This document shows positions 50,096 through 60,075 of a DNA stretch of 64,000 nt, one piece after another; position 1 is the stretch's first letter, and every line of letters begins with the position of its first letter. The notes under the pieces were generated by a model. It made no database searches and was not told where the DNA came from. It was given only the letters and a program-made list of their open reading frames with translations. The DNA comes from an uncultured Bacillales bacterium (GTDB taxonomy: Bacteria; Bacillota_I; Bacilli_A; RF39; UBA660), in contig CABSFU010000006.1 in NCBI GenBank assembly GCA_902477075.1, positions 757-64,756 of the forward strand, given 5' to 3'. Both the position numbers and the translations under genes were made by a program.

Positions 50096-51700
50096 TACTT
50101 TAATATTTTTAACTTGAACCAATAATTTATCAATTGATTTTTTAATATAAACTTTATCTTTTGCTGTATCCATTTCTTCTCTATTTTTTTCATTAATTTG
50201 ATCACATATTTTAAAAAGAAACTTTAAAGCATCAGACAATTCTATATATCTATCATGTATAGAAGAAATCTTTTCATCTACAAAACCGTATGTATGGTTT
50301 AAATAAGTGATAATCTCATCTATATTTACATTATCATATTTTGTCATTCGAAATAACATATCAATCAAAATATTCATATTTTGAATACCAAATTTAGTTT
50401 GAATTTGATAAACCTCTTCTAAATATTTTTGTAAAGTAAAATGAAAGGAATAATATAGTAAGTTAGAAGATACCACATGTCTTTTACCATCTATATCAAT
50501 TTCTTGCTTATCTACATTATCAAATGGATAATATCCTTTTATATATTCATATATAGCATATATAGCTTCCGTATTGGTAGGCCTAGTTCCACGAATAACA
50601 GGGAAAATAGCTTTTTTATCTTCCTCACTTATTCTCTTCCAAGCGGTTTCAATAGCACGGCGAATGGCTCTTTCCACCATTTTATCATCAATGCCATAAT
50701 GTTTTGCTATTGTGGGATAGATACTCTTAGTAGCCGTGAAGTTGTAAATGTTCCAATCTTCTTTTATTATTTTTGTAATAAAATACTCAATATAATGACT
50801 TCCCTTTATTCGAGAATCAAACTGTAATTTAAAATAAATGAATTGTTTTAAATACCTTTCAAACGATATCTTAGACGGAATCTCTTGATCTGTTTCATTT
50901 GTGGTATTTTTTGATTGATAAATATTATCAAACAAAAAATATTCTTTCACATATTCATATATAGTATATATAGCTTCTGTATTGGTAGGCTTAGTCCCAC
51001 GAATAACAGGAAAAATAGCTTTTTTATTTTCATCGCTTGCCTTTTTCCAAGCCGTTTCAATAGCATAATTTATAGAACTCTCTACTTGTTTTTCACTTGT
51101 GTTATAATGTTTTGCTATCATAGGATAAATATCTTTAGTAGAGCCAAAAGCATAAATATCTAAATCTTCTCTTATTATTTTTGCAATGAAATATTCTATG
51201 TAATGGCTTCCTTTTTTTCCAATATCAAATTGTAATGTCAAATAAATTAATTCTCTTAAATATTTTTCAAATGGTAATTTAGAAAGTACTACCTGTTCTG
51301 TCTTCTCATTATCAAAAGAATAATACTCTTTCACGTATTCATATATAGCATATATAGCTTTCATATTAGTTGGTCTTGTTTCACAAGCAATAGGAAAGAC
51401 AGCCTGTTTATTTTGATCACTCATTCTTTTCCAAGCTGTTTCAATAGAATGGCGAATGGATCTTTCCACCATTTTATCATTGATGTCATAATATTCCGCT
51501 ATCATAGGATAAATATCTTTAGTAACACTCAATGTATAAATGTTTAAACCTTCTTTTATAACTTTAGCAATAAAATATTCTATATAATGACTGCCCATTT
51601 GATGACTTTGAAATTGTAGTTTAGGATAAAGTAATTGATTTAAGTAAAAATCAAAAGGTAAACTAGGATCTACGATGCCTTCTTTATCAATTTTATTCAT
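50093..51700 (-). CDS. protein with three tandem Spo0A C-terminal (DNA-binding) domains and no receiver domain
   Basis: 535 aa. The segment GSHYIEYFI.K.I.E......TK.IYP.IA..Y.......VER[AS]IR.[AS]IETAWK+...PTN.[EK]AIY.IYEY occurs three times. This matches the Spo0A_C signature (..LYPDIAKK....VERAIRHAIEVAW...PTNSEFI). Confidence 0.75.
   Translation of the reverse strand: MNKIDKEGIVDPSLPFDFYLNQLLYPKLQFQSHQMGSHYIEYFIAKVIKEGLNIYTLSVTKDIYPMIAEYYDINDKMVERSIRHSIETAWKRMSDQNKQAVFPIACETRPTNMKAIYAIYEYVKEYYSFDNEKTEQVVLSKLPFEKYLRELIYLTLQFDIGKKGSHYIEYFIAKIIREDLDIYAFGSTKDIYPMIAKHYNTSEKQVESSINYAIETAWKKASDENKKAIFPVIRGTKPTNTEAIYTIYEYVKEYFLFDNIYQSKNTTNETDQEIPSKISFERYLKQFIYFKLQFDSRIKGSHYIEYFITKIIKEDWNIYNFTATKSIYPTIAKHYGIDDKMVERAIRRAIETAWKRISEEDKKAIFPVIRGTRPTNTEAIYAIYEYIKGYYPFDNVDKQEIDIDGKRHVVSSNLLYYSFHFTLQKYLEEVYQIQTKFGIQNMNILIDMLFRMTKYDNVNIDEIITYLNHTYGFVDEKISSIHDRYIELSDALKFLFKICDQINEKNREEMDTAKDKVYIKKSIDKLLVQVKNIKV
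50500..51660 (-). repeat. three tandem coding repeats of about 130 codons (Spo0A_C domains)
   Basis: Repeats are visible at protein level and partly at DNA level (for example tatatagcttccgtattggtaggcc / tatatagcttctgtattggtaggct). Coordinates are approximate. Confidence 0.7.
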
Positions 51701-51786
51701 GTTTTCACCTCGTGAAAAACATTATATTCTTATTATTTCTTTTTCTTTTGTTTTTACATTAAAGGTGTTCAAATTGTCATGAATAG

Positions 51787-52014
51787 TCATCTAAAATCAA
51801 CTAAAATAACGTCTTCCCCTATTTTTGTTATTTGATTCCATTTTATTTCCATTTCATTTGTATTAAAAAAATGTAATTTAGAACGTGAAACAATTAAAGA
51901 AATCATTTTTCCTTGTTCATCTAATAATACATCTATAATACTTCCTACTCTTTTTCCATCTGCTACATTAACAATATCTTTATTTTGTAAATCTGATAAT
52001 CGCACTATGATCAC
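51787..52014 (-). CDS. YlmC/YmxH family PRC-barrel sporulation protein
   Basis: 75 aa. LSDLQNKDIVNVADGKRVGSIIDVLLDEQGKMISLIV is the family pattern. Confidence 0.75.
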   Translation of the reverse strand: MIIVRLSDLQNKDIVNVADGKRVGSIIDVLLDEQGKMISLIVSRSKLHFFNTNEMEIKWNQITKIGEDVILVDFR

Positions 52015-52059
52015 CTATTTAACATTATGAAAAAAAGATATTTTTATTCAAATATCTTT

Positions 52060-53640
52060 TTAACATTTCTCTAAATATTCTTCATAAGTCATATGTAAAT
52101 CTTTTACGGTTCCATCCTCTTTAATATGAATAATTCGGTTAGAGGATGTTTCAATCAATTCTTGATCAAATGTTGAAACAATAAGAGCTCCTTTAAAATT
52201 TTGACAAGCTTCATTTAAAGCTGTAATAGATTCCATATCTAAATGATTGGTTGGTTCATCTAATAGTAAAACATTTCCTCCATTTAACATCAATTTTGAA
52301 AACATAGCTCTTACTTTTTCTCCACCAGATAATACTTGAATACTTTTTAAAGATTCTTCTCCAGAAAACAACATCCTACCTAAAAATCCCCTTACAAAAG
52401 CTTCTTCCTTATTGGTAGAATAATCTCTTAACCATTCAAATAAAGATTTATCTTCTTTAAAATAAGAACTGTGATCCTTTTCAAAATAACTGATTTTTAC
52501 AGTACTTCCTATTTTAATAGTACCACTATCTGGTTGAATAATACCTGCTATAATTCCTAAAAGAGCTGTTTTAGCAATTTCATTTTCTCCTATTAATGCT
52601 ATTTTAGAATCTGGATAAATTGTTAAATTAACATTTTTTAAAATGGTTTTTCCATCTACAGAATAATTAATTTTTTCTAATGAAATAACTTCTTTTCCTA
52701 AACTTTTTTCAATATCAAAATGAATATAAGGATATTTACGACTAGATGGTTTGATCTCATCTAGTGTAATTTTCTCCAAAGCTTTTTTTCTGGAAGTTGC
52801 TTGTTTAGACTTAGATGCGTTAGCAGAAAATCTTCTAATGAAATCCTCTAATTCTTTGATTTTTTCTTCCTTTTTCTTATTAGAATCTTTCATTTGTTTC
52901 AACATCAATTGACTAGATTGATACCAAAAATCATAGTTACCAATAAACATGGTAATTTTTTCATAATCAATATCAACCATATGTGTACATACGGTATTTA
53001 AAAAGTGACGATCATGGGATACAACTAAAACAGTATTCTTAAAATTCATTAAAAAGTCTTCTAGCCATAAGATGGTTTTTCCATCCAATCCATTTGTTGG
53101 TTCATCTAGTAATAAAATGTCAGGATTTCCAAATAATGCACGAGCTAGTAAAACCTTTACTTTTTCTGTATCCTTTAAATCTCCCATTTTTTGTTCTAAA
53201 TCACAATTCATCCCAAGTCCATTTAATAATTGCGCTATATCACTTTCTAACATCCAGCCGTTTTTTTCCTCAAATCGACTTTCTAATTCAGCTGCTCTAA
53301 TACCATCTTCTACACTAAAATCTGGTTTGCTATAGATTACTTCCTTCTCTTTCATAATTTGATATAATTCAGCATCACCCATAATAATGGTGTCTAAAAT
53401 AGTATATTCATTAAATTCGTTATGATTTTGTCTTAAAATGGAAATTCTTTCGTTTTTACCAATGGTAATTTCTCCTGTAGTTGTATCAATTTCACCACTA
53501 ATTAGTTTTAAAAATGTGGATTTACCAGCACCATTGGCACCAATAATACCATAACAGTTATTATCTTTAAATTCCAAATTAACATTTTGAAACAAAGTTC
53601 TAGTTCCAAATCTCAAGCTCACATTATTTACTTTTAACAT
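52060..53640 (-). CDS. ABC-F family ATPase (two ABC domains, no TM domain)
   Basis: Two Walker A / signature / Walker B sets (GANGAGKST; LSGGEKVR; LLLDEPTN) with a charged linker. The ATG at 53640 follows a GGGTGG RBS. Confidence 0.9.
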   Translation of the reverse strand: MLKVNNVSLRFGTRTLFQNVNLEFKDNNCYGIIGANGAGKSTFLKLISGEIDTTTGEITIGKNERISILRQNHNEFNEYTILDTIIMGDAELYQIMKEKEVIYSKPDFSVEDGIRAAELESRFEEKNGWMLESDIAQLLNGLGMNCDLEQKMGDLKDTEKVKVLLARALFGNPDILLLDEPTNGLDGKTILWLEDFLMNFKNTVLVVSHDRHFLNTVCTHMVDIDYEKITMFIGNYDFWYQSSQLMLKQMKDSNKKKEEKIKELEDFIRRFSANASKSKQATSRKKALEKITLDEIKPSSRKYPYIHFDIEKSLGKEVISLEKINYSVDGKTILKNVNLTIYPDSKIALIGENEIAKTALLGIIAGIIQPDSGTIKIGSTVKISYFEKDHSSYFKEDKSLFEWLRDYSTNKEEAFVRGFLGRMLFSGEESLKSIQVLSGGEKVRAMFSKLMLNGGNVLLLDEPTNHLDMESITALNEACQNFKGALIVSTFDQELIETSSNRIIHIKEDGTVKDLHMTYEEYLEKC

Positions 53641-54874
53641 AACTACCACCCTTTAATTTTTCTATATCCACAAATACAATATTTTGATCCATATCATAAT
53701 GAAAAATATCTACATCTGTATATTCTGATAATTCTGTTTTATCACAAAGTTTATTTCCTCTTGCATAAACGAAATCTTCATCATCTACATTTTGAATATA
53801 ACCTGTTTGAAAATATTTTTTAACAATTTCGTCATTTACTAAATAATAACTACCTTCACACTTAAGAAAATATAAATCATCAATAGTGTAATAGTTTTCG
53901 CCATTTACAGTTACTTTCCAATTTTCATCAAATATAATAGGATTTCCAAATAATGACTTAATTTCTTTTTTGATTGATTTATCATAACATAAATTGTCAA
54001 TTGTTTGAGATAAATCAGAAAAATTTGCTGTTTCTTCCTGATTATGATACATATTCGATAGAATTTCATAAATATCTAAAGGACTATTTAGCTGTTTTTT
54101 CCATTCATCATTCATAAGTTGAATGAACTGACAAGCATTTTCGTATCCGACACTATTACTTAAAAAAAGTTCTACTCCTTCTACTCCTGAATCTAAATAA
54201 CTTTTAATAAAGTCATCTCCATAAATATCATAAAGAATAGAAATTTCATCATATTGTTTGGTGTATCCCTGAATATCGGAAGTAAAAAGTTGTTCTGTTA
54301 AAAAGGTTGTCATTCCTTCATCAAATGCAGTTCCTTTGCTTTCATACATGCTAGGTGATTTGTAATATACGTTATTATGATCTTTGATATACAAATTGTT
54401 AAACATATGCCATAGCTCATGGAAATAGCAATATTTTTTATTTTCTATCGTCTTATATTCATCATGCATGTAAATGGTTGCTGTCGGAATATGATAGTAA
54501 GATTCTCTATTTTTATTTTTCATCATATCCTTTTTAGTGATCTCTTTTACTTCAAATATTTTTAAGTTTTCATTAAAAACCGTTAAATCGATATCAGGAT
54601 ATTTTTCTTCTAACAAATCTATAAATTCATTCGTATAAGCTCTATATTCATCGTTAATATTCGCGTTGCTTTTTAAAGCTGTTCTAATTGTGTGGAATGT
54701 TACTTGAACTGGAAAAAATTGTTTTAATTCTTCAATAGAATCTACCCATTCATATACCGTTCTTACCTCATAGGCCTCGACTTCATTTTTTCCAAACGGA
54801 TTTTGTATCAATACTGTTGGTATCATCGCAAATAGGCATATTTTTTTATAGATCTTTTTCATTTTATATTTCAT
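53624..54874 (-). CDS. secreted or lipid-anchored hypothetical protein with an HExxH motif (CYFHELWHMF)
   Basis: N-terminal signal-like segment (KKICLFAMIPTVLIQNPFG) and a single zinc-metalloprotease-like HExxH. The 3' end overlaps the ABC-F start by 17 nt. Confidence 0.6.
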   Translation of the reverse strand: MKYKMKKIYKKICLFAMIPTVLIQNPFGKNEVEAYEVRTVYEWVDSIEELKQFFPVQVTFHTIRTALKSNANINDEYRAYTNEFIDLLEEKYPDIDLTVFNENLKIFEVKEITKKDMMKNKNRESYYHIPTATIYMHDEYKTIENKKYCYFHELWHMFNNLYIKDHNNVYYKSPSMYESKGTAFDEGMTTFLTEQLFTSDIQGYTKQYDEISILYDIYGDDFIKSYLDSGVEGVELFLSNSVGYENACQFIQLMNDEWKKQLNSPLDIYEILSNMYHNQEETANFSDLSQTIDNLCYDKSIKKEIKSLFGNPIIFDENWKVTVNGENYYTIDDLYFLKCEGSYYLVNDEIVKKYFQTGYIQNVDDEDFVYARGNKLCDKTELSEYTDVDIFHYDMDQNIVFVDIEKLKGGSYVKSK

Positions 54875-54932
54875 GATATCCCCCTTTTGTCGTGCCTAGC
54901 TATTATACCATATTTATGAGATTTTCAAAATA

Positions 54933-55709
54933 TTATTTAATTTTTTTCTTAATATGATCAATACCACTTTTTTCTAAACGGGATATTTGAGCTTGCGAAA
55001 TACCAATTTCATCAGCTAGTTCTAGTTGTGTTTTACCCATAATATATCTTTCATAAATAATGTATTTTTCTTTTTGCTTTAATTCTTTTAAAGCTTCTTT
55101 CAAGGCAATTCGATATTCTAAGGGATAGATACTATCTTTTTTATCTTCTAATTGGTCTACTAAGTAGATAGTATCTCCACCATCATTATAAATAGGTTCA
55201 AACATACTCACAACTTCCTTCATAGAATTGATGGCATTCTGAACTTCTATTTCTTCTTTATCAAGTGCTTCTGCAACTTGCTTCATGGTAGGTTCAATAC
55301 CTAACTTACTAGTTAATTCTTCCTTCATTTTTAAAGCTTTATAAGCAGTATCTTTTGTACTACGGGCAACCCTAATACTATTATTATCTCTTAAAAAGCG
55401 TTTTACTTCTCCAATAATCAAAGGACAAGCATAAGTGCTTAATTTTAAATTATAAGATAAATCAAAATTATCAATTGCCTTTATTAAACCAATAACTCCA
55501 ACTTGAAATAAATCATCCATATTATCCGTTCTCCCTGTAAAATTTTTTAAAACAGATAATACTAGTTTTAAATTACCACTTACTAACTTATCTTTAGCAG
55601 TTAAATCGCCTTTTTGATATTGTTCAAATAATATTATCATTTCTTCATTAGTTAATACAGGTATATTAGATGTATTAATCCCACTGATATCTACTTTATG
55701 TTTTGCCAT
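54933..55709 (-). CDS. sigG: sporulation sigma factor SigG-like (sigma-70 group 3)
   Basis: Collinear with Bacillus SigG: KV.I.G..TS..PVL.NEEM, GNL+LVLSV, DDLFQVG.IGL.K.IDNFDL, FEPIYNDGGD.IY and ISQAQ.SRLEK. Confidence 0.8.
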   Translation of the reverse strand: MAKHKVDISGINTSNIPVLTNEEMIILFEQYQKGDLTAKDKLVSGNLKLVLSVLKNFTGRTDNMDDLFQVGVIGLIKAIDNFDLSYNLKLSTYACPLIIGEVKRFLRDNNSIRVARSTKDTAYKALKMKEELTSKLGIEPTMKQVAEALDKEEIEVQNAINSMKEVVSMFEPIYNDGGDTIYLVDQLEDKKDSIYPLEYRIALKEALKELKQKEKYIIYERYIMGKTQLELADEIGISQAQISRLEKSGIDHIKKKIK

Positions 55710-55819
55710 AAATGCCCCTTTCTAATGTTATATTGAAAGGTTTCTTTATTTTTATTCAGGCAAAAAAATATCTAACAAAAAAATACTCTTTTTCAAGTAC
55801 TTTTTTCTATAATTCAATT

Positions 55820-57241
55820 TTAATATTGAATACCCCAAATTACAGTATGTTTTGCTTCTTTACCGCATACCACACATTTTCCTGTAACCATATCTTCATC
55901 TATAATACATCTTGATTTTGTACCTTTAATTTCTTTCATCTTAAGTTCACATTCTTCACATCCACACCAATCTGCTTTAACAAATCCTGGTTGTTTGTTC
56001 ATAATGTTTTCTACTTCTTTTAAATTAGTAGCAGTAAATGTTAATTCGTCTCTTCTTTTTAACGCACGATTATACATATCATTTTGAATGGTTTCTAACA
56101 ATTTTTTTACATATTCTACAAAATTTAAATTAATATCTTCTGCATATTTTTCACTAGTATCTCTTCTAGCAAATGTTATTTTATGATTACTCAAATCTCT
56201 AGGACCAATTTCAATACGAATAGGAATACCATTTACTTCCGCTTCGGCAAATTTAAAACCTGGCGTTTTATCTGTTAAATCGATATAGGAAATAATATCA
56301 TTTTCATTCAACTCTTGATTTATTTTATTTGCTAGAGATAAAACATTTTCATCTTTACCAATCGGAATAATAACAACTTGTTTAGGAGCAATTCTTGGTG
56401 GTAATACCAAACCTTTATCATCACTGTGAACCATAATTAATCCGCCTATCATTCTAGTTGTAGTTCCCCATGAAGTTTGATAAACATATTCTTGATTATT
56501 TTCTTTATTTAAAAATTTTACATCATAGGCTTTACTAAATTTTTGACCAAAATAATGACTTGTTCCAGATTGTAAAGCTACACCATTATACATTAAAGCC
56601 TCATTAGTAAGTGTATATTCTGCTCCAGAAAATTTTTCCTTTTCTGTTTTTCTACCAGTTATAGAAGGAATAGCTAAAATTTCATGATGAAACCATTTAT
56701 ATACTTCCATCATTTGTTTTGTTTCTTTTTCTGCTTCTTCTTCTGTACTATGGATGGTATGACCTTCTTGCCACAAAAACTCTCTACTTCTTAAAAAAGG
56801 CCTTGTTTCTTTTTCCCATCTAAGAACATTGCACCATTGATTATATAATTTTGGTAAATCTCTATAAGAAGAAACATGATCTTTATAATAATCACAAAAC
56901 ATCGTTTCACTAGTTGGACGAATGCATAATCTTTCTTCTAGTTCTTTTGATCCCCCCATTGTTACCCAAGCAACTTCTGGAGCAAAACCCTCTACCAATT
57001 CACTTTCTTTTTTTAATAAATTTTCTGGTATTAATAGAGGCATTTGCACGTTTACATGTCCTAACTCTTTAAATTTTTTATCTAAAATAGATTGCATTTT
57101 TTCCCATATAGCATAACCGTTTGGTTCTATAGCAATACAACCCTTTACATTGGTATAACTAGCTAAATGAGCTGCTTTTACGACATCTGTATACCATGCT
57201 GCAAAATCGATATCTCTACTTGTTATTTTTTCATTTTTCAT
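55820..57241 (-). CDS. proS: proline--tRNA ligase (archaeal/eukaryote-like class IIa type)
   Basis: The ATG at 57241 follows a GGAG RBS. The N-terminus FAAWYTDVV, class II motifs and C-terminal Zn-binding-like CGCEECE...CVVCGK are typical of this ProRS type. Confidence 0.9.
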   Translation of the reverse strand: MKNEKITSRDIDFAAWYTDVVKAAHLASYTNVKGCIAIEPNGYAIWEKMQSILDKKFKELGHVNVQMPLLIPENLLKKESELVEGFAPEVAWVTMGGSKELEERLCIRPTSETMFCDYYKDHVSSYRDLPKLYNQWCNVLRWEKETRPFLRSREFLWQEGHTIHSTEEEAEKETKQMMEVYKWFHHEILAIPSITGRKTEKEKFSGAEYTLTNEALMYNGVALQSGTSHYFGQKFSKAYDVKFLNKENNQEYVYQTSWGTTTRMIGGLIMVHSDDKGLVLPPRIAPKQVVIIPIGKDENVLSLANKINQELNENDIISYIDLTDKTPGFKFAEAEVNGIPIRIEIGPRDLSNHKITFARRDTSEKYAEDINLNFVEYVKKLLETIQNDMYNRALKRRDELTFTATNLKEVENIMNKQPGFVKADWCGCEECELKMKEIKGTKSRCIIDEDMVTGKCVVCGKEAKHTVIWGIQY

Positions 57242-57346
57242 ACTCTGGCTCCATTTCTTATAACATTTTATCATATTTTAAATTTTTTTTACAGTTTTTA
57301 ATTTTTTTATTTTAAAATTTACAAAAATATAGATACCAAATATTTT

Positions 57347-58048
57347 TTATTTCTTTTTAACAAATATTGCAGAATCCATATCATCCCATACAGCACGTTG
57401 TAACAAAATATCATGCTTACTAAATTCATTCATAATTCTAGTAAAATGTTTAGGATAAATAGAACCATATAAATAGTATAATTGAATTAAACCATCTTGT
57501 TTTAAAAATTCTTTTAAATCATAATACAATTTATAAATTTCTTCTTCAATCGATAATTGCTGGGATAAAAAATATTGTAATACATTAGACAAAATCATTC
57601 TATCATATTGTTTTTTTTCTAAAGATGATGAACCTACATTAAAAATATTACCAGTTATAAAATGTACTGTTTTTTCCTCTAAAATTTCTCTTAGTTTTTT
57701 ATAATTGGAATCATTTGCAAGATATAAATTCATTTTTTCTAACTGTTTTAAAGAAAACGTTTCCTCTTCTAAAAAATCAAAATATTTACTTTTCATAATT
57801 GCTTCTATTAATTTTTCTCTAGGAGTCTTTAAAATAAAATTCCTTTTGATTTCATAATACTCTGCAACCGTTTCATTAATATCAAAGATTGTTACCTCTT
57901 TCGCACCTAATAACAAACTATTAAATGCCTGATCACAAGAAGAACCTAAAGTAAAAACAGCTTTGTCTTTTACGTCCATTTGTGTAATATAACCAGCAAT
58001 ATTTTCAGTTGTAAATGGATATACCTTTTGAAAATCTTTTCCTTCCAT
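57347..58048 (-). CDS. SAM-dependent methyltransferase-like protein (DUF3419/BtaA-like pattern)
   Basis: The ATG at 58048 follows a GTGAGGG RBS. FTLGSSCDQAFNSLLLGAKEVTIFDIN resembles methyltransferase motif I. Weak assignment. Confidence 0.4.
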   Translation of the reverse strand: MEGKDFQKVYPFTTENIAGYITQMDVKDKAVFTLGSSCDQAFNSLLLGAKEVTIFDINETVAEYYEIKRNFILKTPREKLIEAIMKSKYFDFLEEETFSLKQLEKMNLYLANDSNYKKLREILEEKTVHFITGNIFNVGSSSLEKKQYDRMILSNVLQYFLSQQLSIEEEIYKLYYDLKEFLKQDGLIQLYYLYGSIYPKHFTRIMNEFSKHDILLQRAVWDDMDSAIFVKKK

Positions 58049-58106
58049 ATAAACCCTCACTTCAAATGCTGCTATACTATCACATAAATTTAAAAAATGC
58101 AATATT

Positions 58107-60014
58107 CTATTCTTCCAACATTAATTTAACAGTTTCTCCCTCAAAAATTCTAGTATTAGCTTCTGGGGATTGATAAATAACTTTAGACCCTGTTCCTGTA
58201 TATTCTACTTTAAAACTCTTTAAATTTTGTAGAGCCTCTTTTAATGGTATATTTGTAACATCTGGTACAGTAGCGTATTTTCGATCTAAATAATTATATT
58301 TTTTTTCACTAGCGCCATCTGGCTTTTTTATATTCAAAATATCAATAGATTCTTGTAAAATTGTTCTAGCAATAGGAGCGGCTATGGTACCACCATATTG
58401 AGTAATTCCCTTCGCATTATCTATTGCAATGTAAACAATGATTTCAGGATTGTTTGCTGGCATAAATCCAATAAAAGAAACAATATAATTTCCAACCATG
58501 TATCTGCCATCTTTTACCTTTTGTGCAGTTCCTGTCTTACCACCCACTCTATATCCATCAATAAAAGCATTTCTACCAGTTCCATTTGTCACAACACTTT
58601 CTAAAGCATATCTTACTTTTTCACTCGTATCTTCACTAATTACTTTTCTTTTTATTTCACTGTCAAATGATTTAACAACTGTATTGGTTTCTGGTTCATT
58701 TAAACTTTTAACAATATAAGGTTTATAAAGAGTCCCTCCATTAATAGCGGCACTCACTGCTGTTATTTGTTGAATTGGTGTTACACTGACTCCTTGACCA
58801 AATGAAGTAGTTGCTAGTTCAACTGGTCCAACATTTTCCAATTTAAACAAAATACCACTGGCTTCCCCATTTAAATCTACTCCTGTTTTTTCTCCAAAAC
58901 CAAAGGCATTAATATATTTAAATAAATTTTCTTTTCCTAATTTTTGACCAATTGAAACAAATCCTGGGTTACATGAATTTTCTACAACTTGTAAATAGGT
59001 TTGTGCACCATGTCCACCATGTTTCCAACATTTAATACGGGCATTTTCTACATGAACACTCCCACTATCAAAAAAGGTATCTTTATCTAAATCAATCAAT
59101 TTTTCTTCCAAAGCAGCACTTAAAGTAATAATTTTAAAAGTAGAACCTGGCTCATAAGTCATCCACACTGGTAAATTTCGATTAATTTCCTCTACTGTAT
59201 AATTTTGATATTCACTAGGACTAAAATCAGGACGAGAAGCGATGGCTAAAATTTCTCCTGTATTTGGATTCATAGCAATTCCAAGAGCTTGATCTGGATT
59301 GTATTTACTAACGGCATTATCTAATTCTCTTTCTAAAACAGCCTGTAATTCATAATTAATTGTCAAAGTCATATTCACTCCATCTTGTGGAGCTTCATAA
59401 CTTTCTGTTAATTCTAATTTATTGCCTTTTGCATCACTAATATACTTAATAGCGCCTGCTTTCCCTGTTAAATAAGAATCATACATTAATTCTAACCCAC
59501 TTAGTCCTTGATTATCGATTCCTACAAACCCAAGAGTATGGGATAACAAATGATCATATGGGTAAGATCTTGTACTTTCTTTTACTAAATAAACGCCATC
59601 TAACTTTAAAGCATTAATTTGATCTGCTATTTCATAAGATAATTTTCTTCCTTCGGGATGAACCCTTTCTATAGAAGTTATCTTACTGACATGTTTATAC
59701 ATATCTTCATAGCTAACATTTAAAATATTTGCTAGTTTTTCCGCTACTTCTTCTTTGTTTTTTATTTGATTTGGAATTAACACCAAAGAAGTTGTTGTAA
59801 TATTATCAGCAAGTACCACACCATTTCTATCATATATTTTGCCTCTATCTGCCATAATAGGAAGATTTCTATTCCATAGCTGATTTGCTAAAACATTCAA
59901 CTTTTTATAATCAATCACTTGTGTATAAAAAACTTTTATAACAATAGAAATGAAACAAATAATTAATATAACTAGCACTATTTTTATCCTTGCATGAATG
60001 GCTTTATCAAACAT
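58107..60014 (-). CDS. class B penicillin-binding protein with one PASTA domain (SpoVD-like)
   Basis: N-terminal TM segment, SxxK (GSTFK), SxN (SCN), KTG (KTGTA) and a single C-terminal PASTA domain. Confidence 0.85.
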   Translation of the reverse strand: MFDKAIHARIKIVLVILIICFISIVIKVFYTQVIDYKKLNVLANQLWNRNLPIMADRGKIYDRNGVVLADNITTTSLVLIPNQIKNKEEVAEKLANILNVSYEDMYKHVSKITSIERVHPEGRKLSYEIADQINALKLDGVYLVKESTRSYPYDHLLSHTLGFVGIDNQGLSGLELMYDSYLTGKAGAIKYISDAKGNKLELTESYEAPQDGVNMTLTINYELQAVLERELDNAVSKYNPDQALGIAMNPNTGEILAIASRPDFSPSEYQNYTVEEINRNLPVWMTYEPGSTFKIITLSAALEEKLIDLDKDTFFDSGSVHVENARIKCWKHGGHGAQTYLQVVENSCNPGFVSIGQKLGKENLFKYINAFGFGEKTGVDLNGEASGILFKLENVGPVELATTSFGQGVSVTPIQQITAVSAAINGGTLYKPYIVKSLNEPETNTVVKSFDSEIKRKVISEDTSEKVRYALESVVTNGTGRNAFIDGYRVGGKTGTAQKVKDGRYMVGNYIVSFIGFMPANNPEIIVYIAIDNAKGITQYGGTIAAPIARTILQESIDILNIKKPDGASEKKYNYLDRKYATVPDVTNIPLKEALQNLKSFKVEYTGTGSKVIYQSPEANTRIFEGETVKLMLEE

Positions 60015-60075
60015 AGTATCACCACTACCATTATATGTTTTTTATTTAAATTTATTAAAAAAAGCACTTATGTGC

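Noticed and set aside
50011-50205. 64-aa minus-strand ORF
   Set aside because: It overlaps the 3' end of the 535-aa gene in another frame and spans the bidirectional terminator.
50500-51660. CRISPR-like or non-coding tandem repeat
   Set aside because: The repeats are about 400 nt long, diverged, and lie in one continuous reading frame encoding Spo0A_C-like domains. No short repeat-spacer periodicity was seen anywhere in the window.
57242-57346. T-box or other leader upstream of proS
   Set aside because: The spacer is only about 100 nt, nearly pure A/T, with no specifier hairpin or T-box sequence visible.
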